Source: Deltaproteobacteria bacterium
GTDB lineage: Bacteria > Desulfobacterota_D > UBA1144 > Nemesobacterales > CSP1-2
Reading direction: 5' to 3'
NCBI GenBank assembly: GCA_052390235.1
Contig: JBQTHB010000006.1
Coordinates: forward strand, 224,001 to 288,000
Length of the DNA stretch: 64,000 nucleotides
Shown: positions 11,263 through 22,123 of the stretch, in pieces
Position numbering within the stretch: position 1 is the stretch's first letter
Layout: each line of letters starts with the position of its first letter
The notes under the pieces: generated by a model
The model's database searches: none
What the model was told of the DNA's origin: nothing
What the model saw: the letters and a program-made list of their open reading frames with translations, nothing else
Made by a program: the position numbers and the translations under genes

Positions 11263-12048
11263 ATGATTCTCGATAAAATCATCGCGCATAAAAAAATTGA
11301 GGTCGAAAGGGCAAAACTCTCTCTGCCGCTTCGGGAGATTATAGCTCGCGCCGCCGACTCGCCGCCGACGCTCGATTTCCAAGCGGCGCTCCAAAGCCCC
11401 GACGGAGCGGCAAAGGTCATCGCCGAGATAAAGCGCGCATCCCCCTCGAAGGGGATTATCCGCGAGGATTTCGACCCCGTCCGGATAGCCCGAAGCTACG
11501 CCGCCGCAGGGGCTTCGGCTATATCCGTCCTCACAGACGAGGAATTCTTTGGGGGGAGACTCGAATACCTGCGAGCAGTGCGCGAGGCAGTCCGGGCACC
11601 GCTTTTGAGAAAGGATTTCACCGTTGACGCATATCAGATTTACGAGGGGAGGCTCTTCGGAGCGGATGCAATTTTGCTAATTGCCTCGGCGCTTGAGACA
11701 TCCCAAATTGCCGAATTTATTGATATTGCCGAGTCCCTAGGCATGAGCGCCATCGTTGAGGTGCATAACGAAGCAGAGCTCGAAAAAGCCCTATCCGCGC
11801 CAAGCCGGATTATTGGCATCAACAACCGCGACCTAAAGACCTTCAGCGTGAGTTTGGACGTATCGGCGAGGCTCCGCAAACTCATCCCCGAATCAAAGCT
11901 CGTGATAGCCGAAAGCGGCATCCGAAGCGCGGGCGACATTGAGGCTCTCAAGAATGCGGGAATCTGGGCATTTCTCATCGGGGAGACTTTCATGAGGGCC
12001 GAAGACCCGGGGGCGGCTCTTTCGGACTTGCTCCGGCAGTCCCTGTAA
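11263..12048 (+). CDS. trpC: Indole-3-glycerol phosphate synthase
   Basis: IAEIKRASPSKG, ISVLTD, LRKDF, GINNRDL, AESGI; start taken at MILDKI. Confidence 0.97.
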   Translation: MILDKIIAHKKIEVERAKLSLPLREIIARAADSPPTLDFQAALQSPDGAAKVIAEIKRASPSKGIIREDFDPVRIARSYAAAGASAISVLTDEEFFGGRLEYLRAVREAVRAPLLRKDFTVDAYQIYEGRLFGADAILLIASALETSQIAEFIDIAESLGMSAIVEVHNEAELEKALSAPSRIIGINNRDLKTFSVSLDVSARLRKLIPESKLVIAESGIRSAGDIEALKNAGIWAFLIGETFMRAEDPGAALSDLLRQSL

Positions 12049-12064
12049 TCTGCAACCAACCAAA

Positions 12065-13105
12065 TCACGGGAACACGGGCGGCATATCAATCCCCATGGA
12101 TTCAGGAAATCCCATCATGAGGTTCATATTCTGCACAGCCTGACCGGACGCCCCTTTCACTAGGTTGTCGAGAACAGAAACCACGATTGCCGTCTTATTC
12201 TTCGGATTCGCCCGCAAGCCAATATCGCAGAAGTTCGCCCCTTTAACGTCTCCAGTGGCGGGAAACGTCTTCTCAGGGAGGATTCTCACGAACTTTTTGC
12301 CTTCATAAAACGACTCTAATATCGAGAGAAGCTCGGCTGAGGACGCCTCTTTGCGGAGTCTGAGGTAAATTGTCGAGAGTATGCCCCTATCCATCGGGAT
12401 GAGATGGGGAGTGAAAATTACCCTCGCGCCGAGTCCAGAGAAATTGGAAAGCGCCTCTTCGATTTCAGGCGCGTGGCGGTGTTCCCCTATTTTATAAGCC
12501 TTGATTCCCTCGTTGACCTCGGAGAAATGAAGCCCAAGCTCAGGGGAGCGTCCCGCGCCGGATACGCCGGATTTTGAGTCAATTATGATGGAATCCTCTT
12601 CGATAAGCCCGCTGCGAAGGAGCGGCGCAAGGGGGAGAATTGAGGACGTTGGGTAGCAGCCGGGATTCGCCGTGAGTCTAGCCCGTTTAATCTGCTCTGG
12701 GTAAAGCTCGGATATTCCGTAAACTGCCTCTTCGAGGAGATACGGGCAGGGATGCTCCCCGTACCATTGTCTGTACGCGTCATGGCTTAGCCTAAAATCC
12801 GCCCCCAAATCTACGACCCTCTTGCCCATTGATAGAAGCTCCGCCGCCGCCCCTGCCGACGCGCCGTGGGGAAGGGCAATAAAAACGAAGTCTATATCGC
12901 CGGGGATGTCTCTGATAGCGAGCGGCTCAAGTTTCAAGTCGTAAAGCCCGCGAAGGTGCGGCAGAACCTCCGAGATACGCCTGCCCGCGTGCTTGTCAGC
13001 GGTCAAATAGGCGACCTCAACGCCGGGGTGAACGTAGAGAAACCGAAGCAGGTCGCTTCCCGTGTATCCGCTTGCTCCGAGGACGGCAACTTTTATCTTT
13101 TTCAT
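12065..13105 (-). CDS. argC: N-acetyl-gamma-glutamyl-phosphate reductase
   Basis: GASGYTG, ANPGCYPT, SGVSGAGR, DNLVKGASGQAVQN. Confidence 0.98.
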   Translation of the reverse strand: MKKIKVAVLGASGYTGSDLLRFLYVHPGVEVAYLTADKHAGRRISEVLPHLRGLYDLKLEPLAIRDIPGDIDFVFIALPHGASAGAAAELLSMGKRVVDLGADFRLSHDAYRQWYGEHPCPYLLEEAVYGISELYPEQIKRARLTANPGCYPTSSILPLAPLLRSGLIEEDSIIIDSKSGVSGAGRSPELGLHFSEVNEGIKAYKIGEHRHAPEIEEALSNFSGLGARVIFTPHLIPMDRGILSTIYLRLRKEASSAELLSILESFYEGKKFVRILPEKTFPATGDVKGANFCDIGLRANPKNKTAIVVSVLDNLVKGASGQAVQNMNLMMGFPESMGIDMPPVFP

Positions 13106-13259
13106 GGCAGATGAAAATATACGACGCGCGCGGGAAATTCAAGTTTTATGGGCTCGCTGTAAATGCGCCGGCAGTCTTGACTACCATCGGTCTCAGAGGT
13201 AATTTAAATTGCCAATTAACTGGGATTTAACAGAGAATTAACCGCACCGGAGGAATTGA

Positions 13260-14267
13260 ATGTCAATTAAAGTGGGAATAAACGGATTCGGGAGAATCGG
13301 ACGGCACGTTCTTAGAATCGGCCTCACCAAAGGGGATTTGGAATTTGTAGGAATAAACGACGTTACCGACGCGCAGACGCTCGCGCATCTATTCAAATAC
13401 GACTCTGTTTTTGGCCCATACAAGGGCGAGGTCGCATCCGAAAACGGGCATATCGTGGTTAATGGGAAACCTATCAGGGTGTTCTCCGAGAGAGACCCGG
13501 CTAAAATCCCCTGGTCTGAGGCGGGGGCAAACGTCGTCGTCGAGTCAACCGGACTTTTCATCTCTCAGGAAGCGGCGTCGCTTCACCGCAGGGGATCCGT
13601 AAAAAAGGTAATCATCACCGCGCCCTCCAAGGGAGACGTTGACCTCACGGCGGTATTCGGCGTAAACCACAGAGACTACGACGCAGAAAAGCACAATATC
13701 CTGTCGAACGCCTCCTGCACCACGAACTGCTTCGCCATAATGGTAAAAGTTCTCCACGATAACTTCGGCATCAAGCGGGGCGAGATGTCCACGATTCACT
13801 CCTATACAAATGACCAGCGTATCCTCGATGGCCCGCACAAGGACCTAAGACGGGCGCGCTCGGCGGCTCTGTCCATCATCCCCACAAGCACGGGGGCGGC
13901 AAAGGCGATAGAACTCATATTCCCATCGCTCAAGGGCAAGCTCAGCGCCATAGCGATGAGAGTACCCACGGCGGATGTGTCGGTGGTGGATTTCTCCTGC
14001 GAGGTGGAAAAGACGACGAGCGCCGAAGAGGTAAACCAGAGATTTAAAGAAGCTGCGGCAGAAGGGCTTAGGGGTTATCTGCGCTACACCGACGAAGAGC
14101 TCGTGTCGGCGGATTTCATCGGCGACTCGCACTCAGCTATTTTCGACGCCCCGCTCACTTCGGTCGTCGAGGGAAACCTGGTGAAGGTCATCGGCTGGTA
14201 CGACAATGAATACGGCTACTCGTCGAGGGTGGTGGACTTAATCAAGCTCATAGGAGATACACTCTAA
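13260..14267 (+). CDS. gap: Glyceraldehyde-3-phosphate dehydrogenase type I
   Basis: INGFGRIGR, SNASCTTNC, WYDNEYGYS. Confidence 0.98.
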   Translation: MSIKVGINGFGRIGRHVLRIGLTKGDLEFVGINDVTDAQTLAHLFKYDSVFGPYKGEVASENGHIVVNGKPIRVFSERDPAKIPWSEAGANVVVESTGLFISQEAASLHRRGSVKKVIITAPSKGDVDLTAVFGVNHRDYDAEKHNILSNASCTTNCFAIMVKVLHDNFGIKRGEMSTIHSYTNDQRILDGPHKDLRRARSAALSIIPTSTGAAKAIELIFPSLKGKLSAIAMRVPTADVSVVDFSCEVEKTTSAEEVNQRFKEAAAEGLRGYLRYTDEELVSADFIGDSHSAIFDAPLTSVVEGNLVKVIGWYDNEYGYSSRVVDLIKLIGDTL

Positions 14268-15464
14268 ATGGCAAAAATGGTGATTTCCGACCTAGCAGAC
14301 GGCGATTTTAGCCGGAAGAGGGTTTTCGTCAGGGTTGATTTCAATGTCCCCATTCGGGACGGCGTTATTAGCGAGGACTACAGGATTAGAAGGTCAATAC
14401 CGACTATTGATTTCCTCGTGGAGAGGGGAGCGAAAATCATTCTCGCATCTCATCTGGGCAGGCCCAAGGGCAGGGTAACGCTCGATTTGTCCCTTAGAGC
14501 CGTGGCGGCGCGGATTTCCGAGCTATTGGGGAAACCCGTAAAATTTTCCGCCGGAAAGGTCGTGGGAAGCGAGGTGCGCGCCGAGGTGGATAGACTCAAG
14601 CCCGGCGAAGTGATGATGCTCGACAACCTGCGATTTCATAAGGAAGAGACCGACAACGATTCCGAATTTTCTGGGGAACTCGCCTCGCTCGCGGATATTT
14701 ATGTCAACGACGCCTTCGGCACATCGCACAGGAAACACGCCTCCACATACGGCATGGCTACGCATTTTAATTTAAAACTCGCCGGCTTTCTCGTTCATCG
14801 CGAGCTTAGATTCCTCAGTAAAATCCGGGACAACCCCGAACACCCCTTCGTGGTCATAGTCGGCGGGGCAAAGATTAAAGACAAAATCAGCGCGCTCAAA
14901 AACCTCATCGAAAAAGCAGACAAGGTCTTAATAGGCGGAGGCGTTGCCTACACGTTCCTCAAAGCCAAAGGGGTCAGCATCGGAAGCTCCATAAGGGAGA
15001 ACGAGATGCTTGAGTGGGCGGGCTGGGCGCTCAGTAAGTACAAGGAGAAGATTTTTCTCCCCCTCGACCACGTAGTCGCCGAGAATTTCGAGAGAAAGAC
15101 CTGCATGGTCGTGGACAGCGAGATACCCGACGAGTATCAGGGGTTTGACATCGGGCCCAAAACCGTAGCCAAATATGCCTCTCATCTCCAGAGGACGGGG
15201 ACGATTTTCTGGAACGGGCCCATGGGGGTTTTCGAGACCGATAACTTTGCGGCAGGAACCACTCACCTAGCCCGCGCCGTCGCCCTTGCCACATGGCGAG
15301 GCTCAGCGACCGTCATCGGAGGCGGGGAAACCATTGCCGCCATTAGAAAAGCCGAGGTGCTGGACTCAGAAATTGTCCATATCTCAACGGGCGGAGGGGC
15401 GTCGCTTGAATTTCTGGGCGGCGAGGAACTCCCCGGAATCTCTATACTCAGCGATACCAAATAG
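14268..15464 (+). CDS. pgk: Phosphoglycerate kinase
   Basis: RVDFNVP, SHLGRP, NDAFGTSHR, WNGPMGVFE, STGGGASLE. Confidence 0.98.
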   Translation: MAKMVISDLADGDFSRKRVFVRVDFNVPIRDGVISEDYRIRRSIPTIDFLVERGAKIILASHLGRPKGRVTLDLSLRAVAARISELLGKPVKFSAGKVVGSEVRAEVDRLKPGEVMMLDNLRFHKEETDNDSEFSGELASLADIYVNDAFGTSHRKHASTYGMATHFNLKLAGFLVHRELRFLSKIRDNPEHPFVVIVGGAKIKDKISALKNLIEKADKVLIGGGVAYTFLKAKGVSIGSSIRENEMLEWAGWALSKYKEKIFLPLDHVVAENFERKTCMVVDSEIPDEYQGFDIGPKTVAKYASHLQRTGTIFWNGPMGVFETDNFAAGTTHLARAVALATWRGSATVIGGGETIAAIRKAEVLDSEIVHISTGGGASLEFLGGEELPGISILSDTK

Positions 15465-15521
15465 GCTGGCGAAACTGGAGAATTAAAAATCCCGAGAAAA
15501 CATCCTAAAGGAGGCAGAGAA

Positions 15522-16601
15522 ATGGAAGTAGCATCAAGCGCGCCGTCGGGGCTTGAGGGAGTGATTCGGGTACTGGGAGACGAAGCGGGCTATCTGCTGA
15601 ACCACACCTGCAAGACCGTATCGAAAGAGCATCTCATACTGCCTAGCCCCACGTTTGTCGAGGACGTGATGATGCTGACCGACAGACACCCCGCTGTGCT
15701 TCGCAATATGCAGACCCTCTTTAACTCCGGGCGGCTCGGCGGCTCGGGGTATCTGTCCATTTTACCCGTTGACCAAGGAATCGAGCATTCGGCGGGAGCA
15801 TCATTCGCCCCGAACCCGATTTATTTCGACCCTGAGAATATAGTAAAACTCGCCATCGAGGGCGGATGCAACGCCGTAGCCTCGACCCTCGGCGCGCTCG
15901 GCTCGGTATCCAGAAAATATGCTCACAAAATCCCCTTTATCGTCAAAATCAACCATAACGAACTGCTCACCTACCCCAATAAGCACGACCAAATCCTATT
16001 TGCCAATGTGGAGCAGGCATTTGACATGGGCGCGTTGGCAGTGGGGGCTACAATTTATTTCGGTTCAGACGAGAGCGCGCGCCAGATTCAAGAGGTATCC
16101 GAGGCGTTTCGGCACGCTCACTCTATGGGCTTAGTTACGATACTTTGGGCGTATCTGAGAAATCCGGCGTTTAAAGCGGGGGATGTGGACTATCACCTTG
16201 CGGCGGACCTGACCGGTCAGGCAAATCACCTCAGCGCCACTATTGAAGCCGACATCGTAAAGCAGAAACAAGCCGAGAGCAACGGCGGCTTTAAAGCCCT
16301 CAAATTCGGCAAGACAGACGAGCGGGTTTATAGGGAACTCTCATCAGACCACCCAATAGACCTCGCGCGCTACCAAGTTGTAAACTGCTTCATGGGCAGA
16401 GCCGGTCTAATCAACTCCGGCGGCGCGTCCGGCAGAAACGACATCCAAGAGGCGGTGCGCACGGCTATTATCAACAAGAGGGCTGGGGGAATGGGACTCA
16501 TCTCAGGCAGAAAATCCTTCCAAAAGCCGATGAGCGAAGGAGTCGCCCTCCTCAACGCCATTCAAGATGTATATCTCAACGCAGAGATAACCATCGCCTA
16601 G
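15522..16601 (+). CDS. fbaB: Class I fructose-bisphosphate aldolase (FbaB/DhnA type)
   Basis: [40 protein letters not shown]. Confidence 0.93.
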   Translation: MEVASSAPSGLEGVIRVLGDEAGYLLNHTCKTVSKEHLILPSPTFVEDVMMLTDRHPAVLRNMQTLFNSGRLGGSGYLSILPVDQGIEHSAGASFAPNPIYFDPENIVKLAIEGGCNAVASTLGALGSVSRKYAHKIPFIVKINHNELLTYPNKHDQILFANVEQAFDMGALAVGATIYFGSDESARQIQEVSEAFRHAHSMGLVTILWAYLRNPAFKAGDVDYHLAADLTGQANHLSATIEADIVKQKQAESNGGFKALKFGKTDERVYRELSSDHPIDLARYQVVNCFMGRAGLINSGGASGRNDIQEAVRTAIINKRAGGMGLISGRKSFQKPMSEGVALLNAIQDVYLNAEITIA

Positions 16602-16763
16602 TTTTAGTTTATTCTCCGCGCATATTGAGATTTGTGGATAGCGCGGCGGGGGGGTAATCACCCCTATTAATTAGGGTGATTTCAATGCTGGGCAAAAAAA
16701 GGGGGGCAGGGCTTTTATGATTCCCCTACCCCGCTCAGCTTCGCATTAATTCGTGGACGCTTT

Positions 16764-17288
16764 CTATGAAATGTAGCTGAGCTTGCGCAAGGCGGCGATG
16801 ATTTTCGCTAGGCTCTCCTCATGCGTTTCCTTGTGAGTTTCAACGACGACCTCTGGGGCTAGAGGCGGCTCATAGGGGTCTGAGACTCCGGTGAAATTTT
16901 TTATCTCGCCGGCGAGCGCTTTTTTATAGAGTCCTTTCACGTCGCGCCGCGCGCACTCTTCCAATGTACAGTCCACATAGACCTCGACGAATCTGCCAAT
17001 TTCGGCTCTAGCCTCCTCCCTCACGCCGCGATAGGGCGATATGGCGCAGGTAATAGCCGCCGCGCCGCACCTGGTGGCGATATTTGCAACATAGGAAATT
17101 CTGCGAATATTCTCATCGCGGTCTTCTTTGGAGAATCCAAGACCTTTGGAGAGCCTAAGCCTAATTTCATCTCCATCTAAAACCTCGATGTGAAGCCCCG
17201 TGTTCTCCAGTTCCTTCTCCAGCAATCTAGCCAGAGTCGTTTTTCCAGACCCTGAGAGTCCGGTAAACCAAACGGTAAATCCCTTCAT
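16764..17288 (-). CDS. cysC: Adenylyl-sulfate kinase
   Basis: [32 protein letters not shown]. Confidence 0.96.
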   Translation of the reverse strand: MKGFTVWFTGLSGSGKTTLARLLEKELENTGLHIEVLDGDEIRLRLSKGLGFSKEDRDENIRRISYVANIATRCGAAAITCAISPYRGVREEARAEIGRFVEVYVDCTLEECARRDVKGLYKKALAGEIKNFTGVSDPYEPPLAPEVVVETHKETHEESLAKIIAALRKLSYIS

Positions 17289-17391
17289 TGCGATTTATCT
17301 CCTCTTGATTTGGTATTTGATTTCGATGCCTTGCCCGCGCCGCGGCGATGCAGCCCAGAGCGGGGTAATTATAGTACCCTCGGCGGGATAC

Positions 17392-18438
17392 TCAAGTTTG
17401 CGCCCTACCCGCCCAGCCCTGACCTCTCGAATATTTAGGGCGCGACGTAGAGCGGGAGGTCAACCCGAAGTCTGAGCGCTCCCCCTTTTTTAGCCTCTGG
17501 TAGCCGAGCGCGGCGACCATTGCGGCGTTATCCGTGCAGTATTTGGGCGAAGGAATAAATAGCGATATTCCCTCAGCGGAGAATCTCTCATTGGCGAGCG
17601 CCCTCAGACGAGAGTTGCAGGCAACCCCGCCGGCGATGACAACAGCCCTGACCCCGCTCTGCTTAGCGGCCCAGAGGGTTTTCTCCACAAGGGTTTCGGC
17701 TATCGCCTCCTGAAACCCGGCGCAGACGTGCCTCAGATGCTCGGCGCCTGAGAGGGGGCGCTTTTTGAGGTAATAGACGAGCGCGGTCTTTACGCCGCTG
17801 AAGCTAAAATCATGGGTTTTTGAATTCATAAACGGGCGCGGGAAATGGATTTGGGCGGGGTCTCCCTCTCTGGCGAGCCTGTCAATCTCGACCCCTCCCG
17901 GATAGCCAAGCCCTAGGAGCTTTGCCCCTTTGTCGAAAGCCTCCCCGGCGGCGTCGTCTCTAGTTCTTCCGATAAGCTCAAATTCCGTATGGCTTGACAC
18001 CAAATACAGGCTCGTGTGTCCGCCCGAGACGACGAGTCCCAAATACGGAAACGGCACATCAAACTCAAGCGAGCTTACGGCAAGGTGGGATTCGAGATGA
18101 TCCACTCCGATAAACGGCGCCCCGATGGAGTAGGCAAGGGCCTTTGCCGTTGCCACACCGACCATGAGACAGCCGATGAGTCCGGGGCCGCTGGCTACGG
18201 CGACTCCTTCGACTTGCGAGAACCCCACGCCTGCCGTCTGCAGAGCCTCCCGCAGAACGAGCGAAATGCACTCGATGTGTTTTCTTGAGGCGATTTCGGG
18301 AACTACCCCTCCGAACTCGCGGTGAACGGCGATTTGCGAAGCCACTACCGAGGATAGAGCCAGGGCTCCGTCCTTAACCACGGCGGCGGCGGTCTCGTCG
18401 CAGGAGGATTCTAATCCAAGCACAAGCGATGATGGCAT
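17392..18438 (-). CDS. tsaD: tRNA threonylcarbamoyltransferase TsaD
   Basis: ESSCDET, HLESH, VSGGHT, DDAAGEAFDK, CTDNAAM; start at MPSS (18438), supported by the adjacent promoter. Confidence 0.96.
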   Translation of the reverse strand: MPSSLVLGLESSCDETAAAVVKDGALALSSVVASQIAVHREFGGVVPEIASRKHIECISLVLREALQTAGVGFSQVEGVAVASGPGLIGCLMVGVATAKALAYSIGAPFIGVDHLESHLAVSSLEFDVPFPYLGLVVSGGHTSLYLVSSHTEFELIGRTRDDAAGEAFDKGAKLLGLGYPGGVEIDRLAREGDPAQIHFPRPFMNSKTHDFSFSGVKTALVYYLKKRPLSGAEHLRHVCAGFQEAIAETLVEKTLWAAKQSGVRAVVIAGGVACNSRLRALANERFSAEGISLFIPSPKYCTDNAAMVAALGYQRLKKGERSDFGLTSRSTSRPKYSRGQGWAGRAQT

Positions 18439-18625
18439 GAGCGGATATTCTACAGCATCGCCGCGGGTGTACAAGCGCGCGAGTAGCCCAGAGCCCTGAT
18501 ATTCGATATAAATATAGAAATTTGAGCCGCCGAATTGTAAAATAAATGCGGAGACTCTGCTAATATTTTACAATTCGGCTCAGATTAAGTATCCTCACCC
18601 TAAGATTCACCGCGAGTAAAGTGCC

Positions 18626-19486
18626 ATGAAAATATCCATAGCCTCTGCGCTAATTATCTTCTCATCCCTTTTCGCCGCCTATTTAACCCCTGCCCTAGGG
18701 GAGGAAACCCCAAGTTCCGCCCTCTCAGAGCCAATTAACGCAAAGATTCTAATATCGGATTTGGCGAGAACCGACCTCAACCTCGCCCTTCTCGGCACTA
18801 TGAATCGCGGGGGAGCGGGCAAGGCAATCCTCAAAAACCTCAATTCTGGCATACTCAGAATCTACGGCGAGGGCGAGACGATAGACATCGTTTCCGAGGA
18901 GACCGTAACGCTCGTGCGCACCGACGACTGCCTAGCCATCATCGAGCGCCGAGGCAGATATGAAACCTTGGGGTGCGACGGCGGCACATTTAACGGCGCT
19001 GTGGCGTCTTATAAAATCCCAACCCCGCTTGCAAAGTACAAAATCACCCAAGCCCCCGCAAAGCCGAAACAGCCCAAAGCCGTGAAATTAAAATCCGATT
19101 ATGATAAGGAAATCGCCCTTGCAAGCGAGAAGCACGGGGTTGACCGCTATCTGGTCAAGGCCGTAATAAAGGCTGAGTCCAATTTCAATCCCGACGCGGT
19201 CTCGCCCAAAAACGCCCAAGGCATTATGCAACTCATGCCAGAGACGTCCAAAGACTACGGCGTGGAAGACCCGTTCAACCCGATGGAAAACATAGACGGA
19301 GGCGTGAGACTGCTCCGAGACCTGATGTCTTATTTCAAAGGGGACTTGGGGCTTGCCCTAGCCGCATACAACGCAGGAAAAGGCACGGTTATAAAATATG
19401 GCAACAAAGTGCCTCCCTACCCGGAAACCGAGAACTATGTTAAAAAAGTAGAGGGCTATTACGATTTTCTCAGAAAAAATAAGTAA
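18626..19486 (+). CDS. Lytic transglycosylase (SLT) with N-terminal GspC/PilP-like domain
   Basis: AVIKAESNF, GIMQLMP, ALAAYNAG; N-region LALLGT...AIL....IYGEGETI...IIERRGRYETL resembles the T2SS GspC HR domain. Confidence 0.8.
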   Translation: MKISIASALIIFSSLFAAYLTPALGEETPSSALSEPINAKILISDLARTDLNLALLGTMNRGGAGKAILKNLNSGILRIYGEGETIDIVSEETVTLVRTDDCLAIIERRGRYETLGCDGGTFNGAVASYKIPTPLAKYKITQAPAKPKQPKAVKLKSDYDKEIALASEKHGVDRYLVKAVIKAESNFNPDAVSPKNAQGIMQLMPETSKDYGVEDPFNPMENIDGGVRLLRDLMSYFKGDLGLALAAYNAGKGTVIKYGNKVPPYPETENYVKKVEGYYDFLRKNK

Positions 19487-19576
19487 TCCGCCCGTTCCCG
19501 GAATATCCCCAAAGGTTCGCATTAAGCAAAATCCCCGCCTCTTGAATAAAACCGCGCTTCGGTCATAATCGGATTT

Positions 19577-20398
19577 ATGGAGCGGATTTGGGTTCTAATT
19601 CAGGCGAGCAGGCCCCTTGGGTGGCTAATTGCGCCTTTTGTGTTCTCGTTCGGCTTGGTTTATTCGGGGGCGGCGTTCTCAAAATTAGCCGTTTTGGAGC
19701 TGATTTTATTATCATTTCCATATTCGGTTCTGCTCTTTGGGATAAACGACATCTATGACTCGGAATCGGATGGGATAAATCCGAGAAAAAAGCTACGCGC
19801 CCTGCCCCCGCGCTACCGCCCGCTCATTGCGCAGTCATCCCTTGCCGCATCGGCCCTGCTCATTTCAGCCTCGATAGCGACGCTAAACCCATCGAACCTC
19901 TTGGGCATGGCTCTAGCCCTGTTTATATCCTACTTTTATTCAGCCCCCCCGCTTAGATTAAAAGAGCGCCCCCCGCTCGATTCTATATCGAATGGAGCGG
20001 TGTTTTTCCTCATCTTCGCCGTTGGCCACAGCTTTGGCAAAGGGATTGGGGAAATACCGTGGAAGATATACTTTGTGGCAATGTGCGTGATGGGGATTCA
20101 CGCGTTCAGCACGATTATGGACTCAGAGGCGGACAGGGCGGCAGGGCAGAGAACCTTTGCCGTCGCGCTTGGGGGAAGAGCGGCGGCGCTATTCGCGGCG
20201 GGGACGTTTATTGCCGCTTTAATTTATTCGGATATCGGCTCGGCGGTGATTAATTACTATTTTCTCTACTGCGCTCTGCTGTTTGCGGCGGCGGCTTTTA
20301 ATCCAACCCAGAGGCGGGCGGGGGCTATATTTAAGCTCGTATTCGCGGGATTCGTCGCCACTGCCATCGCATTTTTAATGACTTATAAGCGGCATTAA
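19577..20398 (+). CDS. UbiA-family prenyltransferase (CrtEb/LyeJ-like)
   Basis: SRP..W, GINDIYD.ESD..NPRK, YSAPPLRLKE.P.LD.ISN, D.EADR.AG..T.A; multi-TM. Confidence 0.8.
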   Translation: MERIWVLIQASRPLGWLIAPFVFSFGLVYSGAAFSKLAVLELILLSFPYSVLLFGINDIYDSESDGINPRKKLRALPPRYRPLIAQSSLAASALLISASIATLNPSNLLGMALALFISYFYSAPPLRLKERPPLDSISNGAVFFLIFAVGHSFGKGIGEIPWKIYFVAMCVMGIHAFSTIMDSEADRAAGQRTFAVALGGRAAALFAAGTFIAALIYSDIGSAVINYYFLYCALLFAAAAFNPTQRRAGAIFKLVFAGFVATAIAFLMTYKRH

Positions 20399-20583
20399 TC
20401 AAATTTAAGTAATTATATTAATTTTTCCTATTTTCCTATTGCATTTTCCTCTCGGATTAGGCATTATCAGGGAGGTTATTTCATAGCTCCATGGAATCTC
20501 GCGGAGGCAATATCGAAGTAAATCAACCAACCCGTACTTTTATTTCATAATAAATTAAGCAAAATCACCTGAGGGGGTGCAGA

Positions 20584-21414
20584 ATGCAAGACGAACATAT
20601 GACTTTTTTAATGGTCGTTCCGAGGAGGAGCGGCGTAAGGTCGGTCAACTTGAAATTTTCTCATATTAAAATGGCGGCAGGTGGGTTAGCCGCTTTTGTT
20701 TTATTGGTTTTCTGCTTTTTTATCTATACCTTCAGCGTATATAGAGACGCAACCGATAAAGCCGGCTCGGTTAATCACCTCAAAAGCCAGATAAACGCCC
20801 TAAATACAAACCTCAATACCAACGAAGCGCAAAAACAAGACCTCAGAGAGCGATTCGAGGAAATCGAGGGGAAACTGCTCGAAATGCAGGAATTACTCGA
20901 TAAAAAAGGCATCAAAAACGACCTATCCGTCGGAGGCGAATTCATCCCGGCAGATAAGGCAACCTCCACATACCTAGACATTATGGAAAAAGACATAAGA
21001 TCACTTTTTGAAGCCGTGCAAACCCTGCCTATTGGAAGACCAATGCCCGGCGAGATAAACTCCGGCTTCGGCAACAGAACCGACCCGTTTAACTCAAAAC
21101 CCGCCTTCCACTCTGGCATAGATATTGAGGCAAAACTCGGAGACCCGATAATTTCCACCGCGGACGGCGTTGTGGCGCAGGCAGGCAACTACGCTAGATA
21201 CGGGGAAACTGTCATTGTGAAGCATAAAATCGGATATAAAACCCTCTACGGGCATTTATCCAAAGTAGGCGTAAAAGTGGGAGAGAGGGTTAAATCCGGC
21301 GATGTCATCGGATACGCCGGCTCCACGGGACGCTCAACAGGCGTACACCTCCACTATGAAGTCATCTTAAACGGCAAAGCTGTTGACCCAATGAAATATT
21401 TATCCCTGAGGTAA
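20584..21414 (+). CDS. M23 family peptidoglycan endopeptidase
   Basis: TM + coiled coil; HSGID, YGHL, GSTGRSTGVHLHYEV. Confidence 0.93.
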   Translation: MQDEHMTFLMVVPRRSGVRSVNLKFSHIKMAAGGLAAFVLLVFCFFIYTFSVYRDATDKAGSVNHLKSQINALNTNLNTNEAQKQDLRERFEEIEGKLLEMQELLDKKGIKNDLSVGGEFIPADKATSTYLDIMEKDIRSLFEAVQTLPIGRPMPGEINSGFGNRTDPFNSKPAFHSGIDIEAKLGDPIISTADGVVAQAGNYARYGETVIVKHKIGYKTLYGHLSKVGVKVGERVKSGDVIGYAGSTGRSTGVHLHYEVILNGKAVDPMKYLSLR

Positions 21415-21420
21415 AACGCT

Positions 21421-21882
21421 ATGTTTGGAAGAAACAAAGACAAAAAGCAACTCGGACTCAAACCCAAGGAAGTAACCACGCTCATAGGCGAGGGGAGCAT
21501 TGTCGAAGGGGATATAAGCTGTCCCCTGTCCATAAGGCTCGATGGCCACGTTAAGGGAAACGTTAAGGCTAAGGGAAGCGTCATAGTCGGGGAAAAGTCG
21601 GTTGTAACGGGCATAGTGAAAGCCATTGAAGTTATGGTCTATGGTAAGGTGGAAGGGGGAGTCGAGGCGCAGAGGCTTGAGATAAAAAAATACGCCACTG
21701 TATCGGGAGACGTCATCACGAGGCATCTGACAATAGAAGAAGACGGCTTCTTCAACGGCAGATGTATAATGGAGAGGTCTTCCGAGAGATACGCCGAGAG
21801 AATAGCCGGCTACGAAAGCGTCTCGGTGGAAACAAAGCCCGCTCAGGGCGAGCTTGAAGCAAAGAATCAGGAACACATCTAA
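21421..21882 (+). CDS. Bactofilin (polymer-forming cytoskeletal protein)
   Basis: TLIGEGS.VEGDI...IRLDG.V.G.V beta-helix repeats; usual M23-bactofilin gene pair. Confidence 0.93.
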   Translation: MFGRNKDKKQLGLKPKEVTTLIGEGSIVEGDISCPLSIRLDGHVKGNVKAKGSVIVGEKSVVTGIVKAIEVMVYGKVEGGVEAQRLEIKKYATVSGDVITRHLTIEEDGFFNGRCIMERSSERYAERIAGYESVSVETKPAQGELEAKNQEHI

Positions 21883-21959
21883 TCTCTTGATATGCGGGCC
21901 CGGCTGCGAATAAAATTCCGCAAACGGCTCGGAGGAGGCGGCGGCTATGCCATCCAAGA

Positions 21960-22053
21960 AAAATGAAAAGCGGGAACATCTGTTATTTCGACATTCCCGC
22001 TCTCATAAAGGAGGATGGAGGATGATTTTTATTAAGTCATCAGATTAATTACA
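21960..22053 (-). ncRNA. Candidate small RNA with CCUCC (anti-Shine-Dalgarno) motifs
   Basis: Minus-strand TTGACA-17-TATTAT at 22088-22060, CCUCCAUCCUCC, then a 12-bp stem (21969-22001) and U-rich tail; no credible ORF. Confidence 0.5.
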
Positions 22054-22123
22054 TAAGTAATAATAAAGTGATGCGCTTAAGTTGTCAAGGGAAATTTTTC
22101 TATTCCAAGAAATATGCGGTTTC

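Noticed and set aside
21947..22048. 33-aa ORF as a type I toxin
   Set aside because: Basic and hydrophilic with no TM helix; coding status unsupported.
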